A stretch of 64,000 bases of DNA from Ruditapes philippinarum (taxonomy: Eukaryota), in the NCBI RefSeq assembly GCF_026571515.1, contig NW_026854598.1, positions 1 to 64,000 of the forward strand, written 5' to 3'. The position numbers and the translations under genes are program-made. Position 1 is the first letter of the stretch. The number at the start of each line of letters is the position of its first letter. The notes under the pieces are model-generated. The model saw nothing but the letters and a program-made list of their open reading frames with translations, was not told where the DNA came from and ran no database searches. Shown in pieces: positions 38,995 to 54,779 of the stretch.

Positions 38995-41900
38995 TTAATG
39001 TGTTTAGTTACCATGTTTTCTAAATTAATTGTGTTTATACAACAGATTATCAAAAGATTAACCGCATTAATCGGAACAATTTATCTTTCAATTGTTCTCT
39101 ATTTAAAGTAAATTTGTTTAAAAAGTTCCAAAATATCTAAAAGTGCTCATATGAAATTACTTTAAGGACAGTCAAACAGACTGAAAGACTGGCTGACAGA
39201 CAGACAGACGAACATAAGGCATTTTTTTAAAATCCATGGTTGTAACCAGAAAATAACATGTTCAAGGCGAAATTCCTACTTAGAATAGATAACGCTTGAT
39301 GCGAAGATGCTAGACTTGTTAACAAATATGCTGTGAGTGGTGAAAGAGAACAAATATCTAAAGTCTTAAGTAAATACCATAAAGAAGTGTTTTTAAAAAT
39401 CATTTTTCCATTCAGTGGGGGTATTTTAATAAGTTGGCGCTACAGTTGAGAAGCTTGCCACATATAATATGGCTGATAATCTGAAACATATATTTCAAGT
39501 TTGCAGTTAATACCTTAGAAATAAGGAAGTTGCAGAAAAAAATGTATTTCCGCAGATAACCGGGCTTTTCTTGCAAGAAATAGTAACACCTATAATATGA
39601 TTCTAGAATACTGACTTACATAACAAATTAAGGTGACAAATTTCTTGTATATTGTATGTTTTTGTTTTGTTTTTTATTACAAGTGTTAGTAATTTCATGC
39701 TTTATTAAAGTACAAATTTATCATCTGCCTTCTTGTAAATTATAAAATAAGAATTATATTCCTTTTGATCAGACGTTGCGGTACATAAATAATACTCGAT
39801 TTGAACTGTAATCAACGTATTATATGCAAATCAAACAGATGGAAAAATTATATTGCAAGTATTTACATAAGGAGATTAAAATAAATCTTGACGGTAAAAT
39901 TAGTTGTTCTTTTATTGCAATTGCTCCCGACACTTGTATGTCTTAGCCTCAAAAGAGAAAAGTATGTGTTAATTGACATTATTACAATAATTATACAATA
40001 AAGGCATATTGTGGCCCTGATTCATTTGGATTTGGAGAATAGGTCAACCACTCTCATTTTTGCACTGTCAAGTTTGGATTAATTATTTTTTTAAATTAAA
40101 AGATTACTATAATGATAAACATTTACCAATAGTTTATACTGACATCATTTAGGATAATAATAAATAAAACTACCTTCAATATAAAATGACTGCCCCACGG
40201 TTTTTATTAATTGGACGTTAGGCTATTTACAGAGCTCACCTTGAGCTCTGTTGAATGTAAACTTGATGTAAACAGTTGTGGAAAAATTGTAAATTTATTT
40301 TTCATTTTACCTTTACATTCGCAATTTTCACTTTCTTTGGTATAAGACCACTGCAACGGAATGCCAAACTTTACTGACAGCTGTTAAAGTTGCCCCATTT
40401 CAGTGTTGTTATACTATCTTGCCCTTCGGGGTCATCGGTTCAAACACTTGTATGTGTTGAAAATTGAGTACTACTCAAACCGCTGCAACGGGGCGTTAGG
40501 TATGTTGCAGGTTTTCACTTCTCTTTTTCAGCCTCAATCAAACCAAGCCTGCAATTTTCATGTTATTTTGTAGTGACTGACGCTTGCGAGGGATTATAAT
40601 TTTTCCCTTTTTTACCTACTGAAAACATGCTGCTTATTCAAATTAATTAAGAAATGTTTAATTCAGAAAAACATACACGTATGTCTTCAGTACTTTTCTA
40701 GTAATAATTATTTTAGATATTCATTTAACGGGACACAATAAATGCAGTAATCAAATTTATTAAGTAAAAAAGGGAAATTGTTTTTAATATATAATTATTT
40801 TAAAGGTAAACGAACTTGGCTGTTGTTAAACAGAACAATTAATGGTGGTGCCAAACAGTTTCCATTTTACAATGTTCCAGATTGTACAATTGCTCTAAGA
40901 GTACTGAACAAAGACAATTACTTTTTATATAATTATAAAATATTTATATCGTTACTTTTATTGATGGCATTTCATTTGCAACAAGAAAAAAACATATTAT
41001 GAAAAGTACATGCTCATTCTGTTCTAGTTTGTACACTATACAAAAAAATGAAACATTATTTCTAATCGATGACCTTTATACGAAACTACTTTAATCAACA
41101 TAAAACCTATTATGTTACATCCAACTTCCTGAACATGTTGAAAAGGCATAAAAAGAAAATGTCATATATTCTTAAGTGTGCAAAGTATCTAATTAATTTG
41201 TTGCGGCAATTTTTTCCCACATCAAAGGAAGTCAATAACAGCCTTTGGATTATGATACAATACTGTTTGACAGAATTGACTCCTAAGCCATCGTTAATAT
41301 GTGTCTTTATGAGCTTCGTTAAAGACAATATGCTTATTTCACAGAAGGCAAACTGTCGTTCGTTTCGCCTGCAATAATCACAGGTTATTTTATTCTTTAT
41401 CTTATAAATTTAAAATCTTTAATAAATAGATATAAACGATGTCAAGAAGAACAGCATGGATTCAATTAAAGCCGATGACATTATTTTATTTTAAGAAATT
41501 TATAATTGTAACTGCAATTTACACATATTTTGATAAATAGATTAGCAGTTTCTTGAAAGGCTTGAATCAATTGTCGTGTAGACGGTCATTATAAGAAATC
41601 ATAAAAATATATGACGATTTTTATTGCAAATTCTCAATAGTGATCTTTGTTGTTATGACATAAGATCTTTCGTAACTTTTGATAATAGCTTGTCTGTGAG
41701 GCCTGTATTCCTGTCATTGTCGGATAAAATGAATTTCATTTATGAAAATTACGAGAATTCCAATGTTCTGTAAAATAAAATAGCAGTAAAAATTGGGGTA
41801 CTTCGTCTGACACTGTAGTTCGGTCATACAATTATGAAATGAAATTGAAATAAGATAATAAATATTAAGCTTCGGATAACCACACACGTTTTATATACGA

Positions 41901-43379
41901 TTTATGTGTCAAAGCATGATCTTTAAAAAAGTAACTTTAACTGTAATCAACTGAGCATTGAAATAATTTCATTCAGACATAAAGTTTTAAAGTTTATTTG
42001 CACGAAAGCAAAGTCATAAATTATTCCCTTTTTGCTTTTTATAGACTTATCTTTTTTATTATAAAAAGATTTACAAATGAGATGTTTATGCTGCATAATT
42101 ATATGACACGCTTCTATTAATTTATGTTTATGTTGAAATTATTTGGTATGATACCAAAAGGAAAGTTTATCGGTACCAACTGCGAAACAATTTTTATAGT
42201 GTTGGTCTTGTTAATTAACCGATGATTTGAGGTAACAAAATAGTTTTTGATATACAAAACATCAAATGACATACAAAAAGCTAAACTTATATTCTTGGTT
42301 TAAATTTCCCAGCTGAAAAAAGTGATTTGAGTTCATTGACTTATGACAACCTTACTATCTCATAAACGCAACTGTTCGTATTGTTGATACAAATGATAAT
42401 TACGATAAGGAAATGATTTAAAAGTATTTTCTATTCGTAAGAACTAAATCACGCTATGAAGACCTCATTTAAGAAGCACTTGGAAACATAATCGTTAATA
42501 AGACTTAGTAAATTATAAATGCACGACGTATAAAGGAACGATTTTTATTTGTGATCAGACCATGTGTCCTTTGAAGTTTTTTATTCCAATTTTTTTTTTT
42601 TTTTTAGATTTTTAAATCATTCATTATTATGGGAGATTTCTCTTAATATATAACTGTTTTTTACTGATTCTGTTTATTTTAAAGCATCACCTTTTTACTT
42701 TGATACACGATGCAGTCATTTTATTTTCATTAAAGAGCATGGTATGATAAAACAATCTTTGCTTTACTTAATGTATTTACAAAATGTTACAAACCGATGA
42801 GTGTCATGGAATGCAATCATTCCTATTACAAATAAATATAGGTCAAAGTTGACATAAAGCAATATCTGTTATTCCGATTAAATTTTAGTTTGTTAAGGTG
42901 CATAATTTATGTAAAAAGCCATCAATAATTTAAGTTTCATGCATGTTATAATAGTGCATAAAAGTTTAACCGGAAGAAACGTAATATTTCACAATATAAC
43001 CTTGTAAACTATTGTGTTGAAATACATTACAATATAGAAATATGTTAAAAAAGAATATTATAAAGTACTGAATAAAAAGGCAAAGCAAGTCATACATACA
43101 TCCTCGTAAAATGAAGTTACAAGAGCAAAATGTAAAGTAAAATATTTAAAGAAAGTAAATTGGTGCATAGAAAAGGCTTTATAAATAAAAGTAGGCAGTT
43201 TTCTTATCTTATCATTATAATTGATCCGTTTGAAATTAATTCGACACATTTATCTATGTTCGGTGTTTTCAAGTCAGTTGTACTTTGGTAATTACTAAGT
43301 TCTTATTGCACAATTTAAAGTACATTCTTATACGAAGGAAAATTTATCTTGGAGATTGCTAACAGTTTAAACCTCCCCG

Positions 43380-44780
43380 AAATCAGACAAAATTGTTTTA
43401 AAGGTTTTTGGTTCCAGAAAAGTGCCTTGTTTGCTAAAACTGTAAGACATGATTTACAGAAATAACAAACCGCCAATCAACCAAACAACCATCAACGCAT
43501 CAATTTTGAAAGGGTCAGAAAATATATTTGGTGTTAAGAGGACCATCCGATTGGTTGGTGTTGAAAAGGTTGGCTCTAGTAAAGTGTGATTTTGCGAACA
43601 AAATTTCATACACTTTACATAAATTGCCTTTCCGCAAACCGATTATGCCGCGAGGACATCTCATGACCATTTTTCTTTGGTTAGATTCTGAATCTTATAT
43701 TAGATGAAACAATCTTTATGCTCAAAAAATTGTGTTTTAACGTTTAGGTCGAGAAAAAAAGTGTTGTTTTTTTTACGAAAACTTCTAAAATTATATCACC
43801 CCTTTCACATAGTTTATATAAAGAAAGTGGAAAAAACGCCGATCCAAAAAGTGCCAATGCAAAGTGGGCCTCTAGCGGCCAGCTTGCTAGGTTAGAGATT
43901 GGAACCTTATAATGCTGTAAAGATGAACTTATAAACTAAAAACAAGTGCTTTGCCCTGCAATGAAATGAAAAAAAAGATATTTGGATAAGGACAGTAACG
44001 CTTTTCACGATCATTTTTAAGCTTATATAAAGAAGGAATAAATCGCCGATAAATAAATAATACCTTGCTTCGCGGGCCTCTCGCGGACATTTTTGTTACA
44101 GAATTCGACACTTATTACTGTAAAGGCTAGCCCTCAATTGACTCTGGCAAATGGAGTTTTACCGGTCCCAGAAAATAATGTTGTTTCTTTTACTTACGAA
44201 AGTTTTTATACGTTAAAACACAAAGATATAAGGCGACCAAGCCAAACTGGACTTTTTGCAACCATTATCATTGAGACAGTCCATTGTACCTTTAAAAATG
44301 AACCTTCTACTAAATGATTTTTAAATGTTGACTCAAGAAAATGGCACTTTTAAAGAATGTTTTAGACTTAATACATATAAAGAGAGAAAACAAAAAAATC
44401 CTAATACGACCAGGCTAAGCAGGCATTCCGCGGAAATTTTCTTTGGGTTAGAGCTTTTGACCTTATATTACTGTAAAGAAAAATCTCAAAAATAACGAAA
44501 GGGCTAATCCTTAACGGAACCAGACAAATGAGTTAAAACTGTTTTCTCTTGAAAATGATAAATGGACCAATGCGCGTTTGCCTCTTTCGGCCATTTTTTT
44601 TTTTTTTGGGGGGGGGGGGGTTGGGTGTGCGGTTTTAAAGTTTTGAATTTTGTATTCCTGTAAAGAAAAAACCGTCTAAGACTTTATATGTAGAAAAGCA
44701 AATTGCCGACCCAATGAAGTAATATGGGGTTCTTGGAGGTAGAGCTGTGCGTGTTATTTTGTTGTGAAGAAGAACATCCT
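43380..44780 (+). repeat. Degenerate ~200-bp satellite array (about 6-7 units)
   Basis: Recurring ttagagc..accttata..actgtaaag motifs (~43680, 43890, 44095, 44447, 44640) and tttaa..ctcgagaaaatgg-like motifs. Confidence 0.6.
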
Positions 44781-45819
44781 AAAGAAATGTAATGTCTTAT
44801 ACATGTACTCAACAGAAACTTTTCACGCTAATTCGTAGACTTTATATACTTGCAACGACTATTGCGTGACAAAATCTTTTAATTTTTAATATTTTTGCTA
44901 TTTTAGCCAATTATGGTGCTAATCTGTGTATTGCTAAAGAGAGAGAGAGAGAGAAAACAAAAAAAACAACACAGTATACATGTTAAACTAATTTGACCAC
45001 GTCATTAAAATAATGAAATAATAATCATTATTATCTTATTTGTATCTTATGATGTCAGACTGTACATACGGGATATATTCAATTACCATTTATATCTATA
45101 ATTATATCGTTGTTTCTTCTTTTGTCTTTGCACGAAATGCACTTATATCAGATATAAGACCTTTATACAAAAACATACTGATTGTTTATACGTTATGTGA
45201 ACTCGAAAAACTAAATGAATGATTTAGCATATAAATATATGATATATCGTACACTATTCCGTTGACAGGTTAAGTAAACATTTTATTTTCTTGTGAAAGA
45301 TATGTCAAATTAATCCTACGCGAGGACTGTTTTTCCCTCAGGACACCAAATTTCAAATAGTTATATGTAACTGATTTATGAAACCTTTGACAGAAATAAA
45401 TCACAGCAGTTCCTACTAATTTGTATATATACGGTCAACGAACCAGCGATGATAAAATATCCAGTTTCTGTCCATACAGCTGTTAAAGCACAATAAAGCA
45501 AAAACATGGAATGAACTAGGCATCTAGGTCAAAGATTGATGTGAGATTGATTACATAAAGTGTGTATAATATGATTTCTTGTCTGTTGCAAACTTTCTTA
45601 AAGCACTGCGGATTGGAATGTTACAACTGAACATTCTCTATTTGCGACTTTGTGCGTAGCTGCGCGTAAACTTCAGGTGCATTAGGATTTGTTAATAAAT
45701 GCGTGAACTTTGCTACGGAAATGTGGGTGTAAAATTAGGTCAGTCTATTATTTAGATATTTTATCTATACTGTTTACAATAAAAAAAAATATATTCTTGC
45801 AAGCATATTCTAGGTCTGT

Positions 45820-45960
45820 GTTTGCAAGGTCAAGGTCGACGGGTATGTTTGCCATAACATATATTCTAATGCATGGATGGATTTAAGTGCTGTTTGAGTG
45901 AAATATGCAATAGCTCATGACGTAGTGTCGTGCACTTAAACCATATTTGTTAGTCACATA
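45820..45960 (-). repeat. Pearl/Helentron-type satellite monomer fragment
   Basis: aaggtcaaggtc, gcatggatggattt and catgacgtagtgtcgtgca, which is the opposite strand of the 21.8-kb family. Confidence 0.5.
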
Positions 45961-47409
45961 TCACACTGAATCATCAGTGAGGGACAAATGAACACAAGAT
46001 TTGCTATCAGAGATACATTGTCATGTAATAATTTTGCTAAGTCAGAGAATTAAATCCAGCATTAAAAATCCGACATTCTGCGTCGGTAAAAATCATACAT
46101 AAATAACCTGTGAAAATACTGTTACACAAGAAGTGTTATGAACATGATTAATGCACACATAATAAACTAACTTAAAGGATACTATGAAATTGCAGTACAA
46201 ATACAAGTACATTTCAATATAACTGAATTGGAAATATCATTATGATAAAGTATGTAAACCAAGAGACATTTGGTGTGTATACGGACTATATTACTGACTT
46301 AATTTTACTATATTAAGCTAATTCATTAACATCTAGCCTCTGACGAGCATCTTATCATCTTCTAATAAATTTGTTAATGAAATGTAATATTAACTCATAA
46401 AAAAACAGTGTTATTAAAAGCCATAAGTAGTTTTGATATAATTATATTTTTTCAAACTGTCTGACTTTATAATTTGGTCAACAAACAAAACATCATCTTT
46501 AACTTGTTTATGACGATTCAAGAAACACTTTTTTATTTAGAATTCCTGTCTGAAAATTTCTTTGTGAAATAAAAAAACGAACAACAAGATCATTTATGAA
46601 AGCCATCACCACAAAAATTCTTTACTTCCTAAATCCACCCATATTTGTAAAAATGTTAATAAGACCATATATAATATATACATTTTCTTCTTTCATTATT
46701 AAAATGCTAAATAATATCTTTTATGTGTATTTCCATTAATAGTTTTGTTATAGATAATGCTTAAATGATAATTCTTAAATGTTTTTTTATAAACTTTGGT
46801 TATACATTAAGGATAAAGAACGGCAATGATTGCTTAAATGTAGTACAAATTAACAACATAAAGAAACACATCAGAAGAAAAGCATTCCCTTTGAAGCATT
46901 AATCATATTAAAATTACATGAAAATTGCAAGTTTATTTTGGTTGAGTCTAAGAGATAATGAAAAGGTACAGCATCCAATAAGCCCACTACCTTGGATAGG
47001 GTGGTACTCAAGTATTACCTTCAAAATTGTGCATATCCATTCATGCAACCTTCTTGTAATGCATCTCAAATGATCTGTAAATAAATAAACATATAGACTG
47101 TATCCGTTAGTTTTAAAATTAAAAAAAACTTGTTGAGCCAATATGTTTATAACATTTATCACAATACTAATATTACCAATTGTCAACAGTATGCATTTAT
47201 ACAAACAAACTATAAATAAACATCTTTTTGAATTGATTGAAAATATATAGTGTATGAGTTTATCAGCTTTGTGGCATTCTGTTGTTTGCATTGGTCATTT
47301 TAAGAAAGCACAGTGAAATATGCGACTAGCATTCGCTTATTTCTTATACTAGCAAATAATATGATTTTATCAAGTAATATAGATAAATACAGAATCCCTA
47401 AAGAAAGCC

Positions 47410-47527
47410 CAACACGGCAAAATTGAAAATGTTGCAGGCTCGGTTTGATTGAGCCTGTTCATGGACGGTACTGGAAAGTGCAAGTTACCGTCCACGCCCC
47501 CTAGCACCGGCTTAAGCAGAATTCAAC
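47410..47527 (-). repeat. Inverted copy of the 31.3-kb module
   Basis: gttgcaggctcggtttgattga..cacgccccctagcaccggctt is the reverse complement of 31398-31478. Confidence 0.75.
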
Positions 47528-50500
47528 ATTTAACATGAACTGGTAAAATTTAGAATTTTGAAACATCCGCAGATGTGTTCATATGGCGGTTATCATGGAA
47601 CCTTCAATGTGACACGGTAGTGCCATTCCATGAAAAGCGGCATATGGTCCAACCTTTTCTGGTACTTTAAGTAGGTGTATATTATAAGTTCTGAGAACGG
47701 ATTGATTATTGTTATGTTTTTGTATCTTTATTCTATGCTAAAGTGAATTTTCTTGAATCAAATTTTAAACTAATTTTTGGATAAACCTATTATTTAATAC
47801 AAAAATATTGGTTAAAATGGAAAGAAGTAAATACTAGTGTTTTGGTAATTTTTTTTTTATCTATTTGCCACAATCATTTATCAATATCACATATGTTTTA
47901 ACGTTTTTTTTAAGATGTAAAACATTAAAAAAAACATGAAAGAAAAATCCAAGAGCAACATGGAGTTTCAGTATGTCTGAAATAAAACTGATCTGTCAAT
48001 TGACCCTTGATATATTTTAGGCCTAGTTAGAACCCTGCAAAACCATATGCATTGTGTTAAAAATAAAAAGGTGTATAAAAGTACATTATTGAATTTATAC
48101 AAACTATTACCATTGTATCCGTATTTGAAATATTTCACATCTATATATAATATTTATATAACTGCTGTCATATGATTACTATTACAAATTATTCTCAGTA
48201 ATTTACGTACAGAAAACTCAAAACTAACGTTTAAAATTGAGACAGAGATTGTCTCATCGAAGCATCTTTTTATAAATAGATCCTTTAAAATAACGAAAAT
48301 TAAAGCTATTTTTAAATACAGGTGCTCATTTTACTAGCTCATAATATTCGTATAATTTTTGGATCTATTAATTGCCTTATTGTAAATGATATAGGAACAA
48401 AACATTCCGATTCTGCATGAAAATTTGATTTGACTTTTATTAAATATCAATATAGCTTCATAAAAGAGGAGCGGGATTATTCAACCACCCCTGTAAAGTA
48501 CCATTACTTTGTGATGATGACATTATTTTCATAATAATAGATTCAGAAGATACATCTGAGAAAAGTTAATGAATGAACGATTAATTATTAAACACAGTGA
48601 TCTGAAAATAAACTTTTATGTTTATGTTGACGAAATTATGCGTATATAAATATTATTGCGTGTATATCTTAACATCGTATTATATGTGGAAATGGCACTA
48701 TCTTAAATGTTGATATTATTTAATTTGTTAACTTTTTCATTGCTCAGATATTGAACATTTTAAAGCAACACATAATTGAAAATATCTAAATTTATCTTCG
48801 TCAATTAAAAGACCAAATGAAATTGCTGAAAACTTAACTTTTTCAATGTAACACTTAGGGAATGTTTCTGTTTTTTATATTATCTCTTCGTTTGCATTAC
48901 ACCTGAAATTGCATATTTCCTACTGCCACACTTTTAAACTAGATACGATATTTATTCCACGGCCACAGTTTATACTTTATTAAATACATTTTTAGATGTT
49001 GGAATGCTCTTGATGAGGCATGTATCATACTGTTACACTGTAATACTTGATAAAGCATGTTTGCCACCGTAACTTTTAAATTTTTTCTGGCATGTCTCCT
49101 GCTGACGCACTTTGAAATTTCATGTGAAATAAATTCCATTGCCATACAGTTACACTATGAATATATGTATGCTACAGTAACACATTTATACTTTATAAGA
49201 ACTATATCTCATCGCCAAACTTTTATTCTTCATGAGGTATATATCTCACCGCTTTTTTTCCTTACGACGGATGTATACAACTATTATACTTTAATACCTT
49301 GTTCAGAGCGTCGAAATTTCTCTTCTATAAAAACAAATCAGCTGTAATATCATGTTATATTGTGGGAGGACTGATGCAAGAAATGAGAGTTTTGAGTAGA
49401 CGACTTACTATGAAATAAACAACAGTTACTAAGACAAAACAACAATATACACATTTAATAAAATTCTTTTTAAAAACTAAACAAAGATGCAAGCAGATAC
49501 ATTTAAAACGAGAATACTGAAATATTTCAGGTTCGGTTTGATACCTGCCTGTAAAGAGATATTAAGTGTATACTTTTTTTAAAAAAAAACACCAAAGTCA
49601 TTGTCCTAACATTTCATCGAACATTTATTTTGAACCAGATTATAACAATTTATTATAATTCCTATTTGTGCAACAATAATTGTTTTAAAGATAATATATC
49701 ATTTCCTTCAATCTCATTTAAAAGCTATGTAATTTTCCAAAAGCACTTACAATAATTATCAATAATGTGTGATTGGAGATATATAGCGAATGTATGGAAA
49801 ACCGTTATCACGTTAAAAGATATAAAGGGTATATAAATAGCTTTAATCACAAAAAATAATAACTAAGTGAATAAAGTAATCGAAACTGACAAAATATATC
49901 AGTTTCACGCGGATTGATCTACAATGGGCACATATTCCATATTATTAAGTATTTCAAATATGGAAATGTATCAGTTGGATATTATTATAAAATATTGCTT
50001 GAAAGAAAAAAAAATGTTGATTTAATTCTATGATAATGGAATTATATGATTTAATTCTATTAATAATATGAGCATTTGAATGATGAGTATTGTTTTGTTT
50101 TTAAACAACTTGTTATCTGCAATATAAATTTATGGTATATCAATATATGTTATCTTACAATGTCGTTCATGAATAATTCTGCCGTGTTTTTTTGTTATTT
50201 GTGATACTAAATACCATCAAATTTAATGTAATGCAGACCTATTCAACTTAATGCTTGCGAGACTATACCATTGAAACAAATCTTTTGCAAATAGTGCAAA
50301 TTTAATTATTGTATAATACACACTATAAGTTCCCTAGATGCTCATAACCGTCGTTGAATTATAAAATAAAGTACACCATTACCAAAACATTTTTTTCTTA
50401 TCAAAATAGCTAACATTTCAATATGATGTCTGGCTGCAATTATTCAATGGGATAAAAATGCTATGTTTTATTTTATTATGGACATAAACTATTTGTTTTG

Positions 50501-53500
50501 ACTTTCCAGCGGAAACAGCGTTAAAACTAAAACAGTATACAATATTACCGCGGCTTCATTAAAATATGACGTAAACTCATAAAAAATGATATAACAGTAA
50601 ACCAGAACGCGCTCGCCTTATACTTAGCAATTCTGTAAAGAAAAACAGAACCTTTTAAGATAAGGCACTTCAATGGAGAAGCTATTGGGCTTTTCTGAAA
50701 CCTTGTTTAAACAAACATTACACAAAAAAGTTAGAAATAAAGTAAAACAAGATTATTTATATGTTATATAGTTGCATATATAGTCACCATTATTTTTAAA
50801 ATTACATTGAACGAGAAAGAGCAAAATATGACACCATGCAAACATACATACAATACTGGAAATAAAATGAACTATATCCAATGATTCAACTTATTAAACC
50901 ACTTAAACATAATTAAAACTCTTTAGCACAATTCAAAGTAATTCTTTTACTAGGCTTTAAAATATATATATTGGAATAAAGAAAATGCTGACAAAAATGA
51001 AATATATCTAGTCATAATATTATTTCTATTACTACAAAACCTGCAGACAGATCTAGCGTGCCTAGTCATGCAAAAGTCCTGAAAGTGTTGACACTTCTTA
51101 GTTTTCTATCGTTAATCTCAAAGAATATAACGTGCAACTTCGTTTCCCAGTTGTAGAAATTTATATTAATTATTCAAATAACTTGGCTGCAGGGTTCATA
51201 GAGTAGGTGTTAACCATAAATTACATCGGTATAGGTTTATGTAATAGAGATTATAATGTTCAGTACCATGACACACATCAAATAGAAAACATTGGTTATT
51301 GATTCTGATAACAGGTGAGCCGGTCATTTTAAATGATGAATTATTATAAACAGGAAAGTGCAATGTTATGATATTCTTTTTATATTTTTTTTCAACCCAA
51401 AATTTTTAATATAGAAACCTATTTACACATAAATTATAAACACAAATTCTTATTTGTAACTTAAACAGTCATTACTATTTAACATAAATTTTTGAGTTTT
51501 AGAATGAATGAAAATAAAAAGCACATAATTACACTATATGAAAAGATGTCTCCTTTTTTTCTGACAATGGAAGCAAATAACACTATGAAATACCAAGATA
51601 GCAAAAATTAATCATGCAACTAAAATTTTTATTGCTTAGTTAAAAGTATCTCAAAAGAAATGTATTCCTCTCTCACAATGCCATATGCAAACTATCTTCT
51701 TAAAATCAGACACGAAATATTGACAATGATATAAATATATTACGAAACATAAATATTCTGTAGATAACAGATTCAAATAGCATCAATTGTTAAATGACGC
51801 AACTGATTTCACCTGTATCATCAAGAAAATCTCAACTTAAGCGCAAACTGAATATTTTCATACAATTTAAAGAAGAAGAAAAAACAAAGCCTAATTCAAA
51901 TTTAGATTAACGAAACTTTGAATGTACTTTTACTATTTAAAAACAACCGGATTAAAGAAAATTTTGCAAATGAGCTCTTATAACACAAACTACTAGATCA
52001 CAACTCAGACGATTTTTAGCAACGGAATATGAAATGAAACGATTATGTTAATACATTTTAATTTGTGTTGACGGTTTGGCTAAAGAACTTTGAATAATTT
52101 TATTCTTGTGTAAATTTACCCCTTTTTTAGTTTTAAATAGATCCCAAATGCTCCGTTTAGTATTGTGTATGCTCTTAACAATAATGTTATGTACTAGATG
52201 AAAATTGTTATATAATCGAAACTAATGAGTTATTTTAAAGAAATTCAACACCGGTTTTATGCTAACAAATTCATATCACAAAACATATCACGTCAGAAAA
52301 AAACAACAACAACAGTAAATTTTATAATTAGTCAGCCGTCAAAAACATACGAAAACGGTTATTTAAGTATTTTTCCTTAATCAACAAATGTTTCACTCTT
52401 TTTGAACTTAGAATCAAATCTTGTCTTTAATAACTAAGAAAACAATTATATTTTTGAAATTTGCTGACTGTTTTCCTTACGTAAATGCATGGTCAGACGA
52501 GTCGTCATCAGGAAAATTAAGTTTGTATTCTTAGCAGAAAAAAAAAACATCAAAGGAAATAAGATCACACTTTAAAATGCTGTTAACTAATTATCATTAG
52601 CGTAAGCAATTAAAATCGGATACATTTCAATAAACTGTACATTGCTGTTGAATTCTTGCAAAATGAAGACGTTAATAAAACATTGCTGACAAACAAAAAC
52701 CACAAGATGAGTTGAAATTCAAGACTGGTTTACAAAAGATGCCACAAACTTATCGACTTTGTGGGAGATATACATAACCATCATATTCAAAGTGTAAGTG
52801 TTTTAAACCTCATAACCGAATTGCCCGAATGAACACTACAGTATAGGAAGTTAATTCAGTATTCTCTTTATCAAATATTGATACGATTGTATTAATCAGC
52901 CAAGTGGATATCAATAAAACAATAATCATGGATTGCTAAATTTTTAGAGCAAATCATTTAAACATTTATATCTTGATAACGATTTCCTGTCTTGGACCCT
53001 TGAAAAAAATAACTTGAAATAATTACCAATATGTTATTGCCATTAAAGCAGCATACCTCCAGAATCATGCTAGTTTTCATGAAAATTTTGAAAATGTATT
53101 TAAAAGTAAAATATTGTGAAGTGAACAAAGAAAGTTATTTACACATTGCAAACGGCACTTACAATCCGCGTAAATTACCAAAAAAGAGGTCGAAATATAC
53201 ATTTTCATTTCCAGAGTCAAAACATTTCATATCAAATTCATATTGCATTCTATCGCACCTCGTTTTCACTTTTTGAAAGTATATTTATACCTGTATAGTC
53301 CGTATGATACAAAACAGCATATACCTTTTTGCTTAATTAAATTTACAGATTTCAAAATAAATTATTACATAGATGAAATAAATGTATCAAAATTTTGTGT
53401 GTGAAGGTCATACATAGACAAAAGAGAATGATCGAGGCACATAGTCGCCCACTCAGTTTTTATTCAATTTGGCATGTAGACGGCAGAGTCGGTAGGCTAT

Positions 53501-54779
53501 TGTATTATTTAATAATACGTATTGTTACAGCAACGTATCTCAATATACTCAATCTATTTATTAATTTGCATCAGCTTAATCTTATTGGCTAATTTTGTTT
53601 TGTATGAAACAACAATTATATAAAATTTAATTAATACAATCTACCATCATTATGCTAAATGTTTTATGTGTTCAGTGAGGGTATGAACTGAACATGATTC
53701 AACAATAAATTGTGCAGGTTTTTGCAATATAGTTCGGCAGAAAAGTATATGACTTTTGTGTACTTTCATGACATTAAGTTTTATTTTGCCACTTTCCTGA
53801 TTGATAATCAATCACAACTTTTTATCAGTTTTTGAAAAAGCCATTTCATGTCGTTCAAATTGGATTCGTTTTTCCAATAGCAATTACCTTGTCATCAGCG
53901 CCATCATATCAGTTATCAGCGTATATTGTACAAAGATATTCTATTACTATGACAGCTCCTGTATTTATCTTCAATAAAATCATTTCTTACATATATTCAA
54001 GATGTTTTATACATTTAATTGAATCTAGATAGCACCAGTGAATAAATAATGAAACACGAAATCAACTCTATATCGAAATATTTTCAAGTTGTTTATTCTA
54101 TATATTTTTATAGCGACTTTTACAAAATTCATTTCACTATAATTATTCATGAAAATGGTTGATATATATGATAATTTCCGTTACATGATGTTTGGAATAT
54201 GCTTTAGTACAAAGTATATGATCAACTTTTCCGTTAAATAAATAGTTGTTTTATTTTCAGATATATTTCCCTCCGTCAGTCAAACATACTTCAAGTTTCA
54301 CAATTGCAATTTGTTTCTTCCATCGTTCACAAACATGAAACAGACTGTTTAAAACGTTTATAAATCACAAATTGAACTCAAAATATCTAGAAAAGTACAT
54401 GAACTGTCTTTGTTTACAAACAACAGGAATAAAAAGTACATAAGTTTTATTACTGTCGGATATATTTCGCTTTGTCATTCAAATATATTATATTTTTCAC
54501 ATAATGTAAAATGTTAATTGTTACTGTCAATTGTACATAGAATGTGACCTCATTTTAGAATATATTACATTTTATATTAATCTGACAAAAAAAGAATAAT
54601 CTCAAAAAAAAATCACAACACTTAACATATAAATTGCTCATAATCTATTCCATCTACCTGTCAATTACACACGGTCATGAACATTCAAAACATGAATCTT
54701 GGTAAAGTATTGTATGTATTAAACTACATACACATTTTATAAGATACGATCTTTGATAATCAACAGCAGCAGACAATAG

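Noticed and set aside
44594-44953. Poly-T/poly-G run and (GA)n tract
   Set aside because: Ordinary simple repeats with no further structure.
46914-47291. 125-aa minus-strand ORF and possible exon at 47019-47074
   Set aside because: Composition is typical of random AT-rich sequence and no domain is recognisable.
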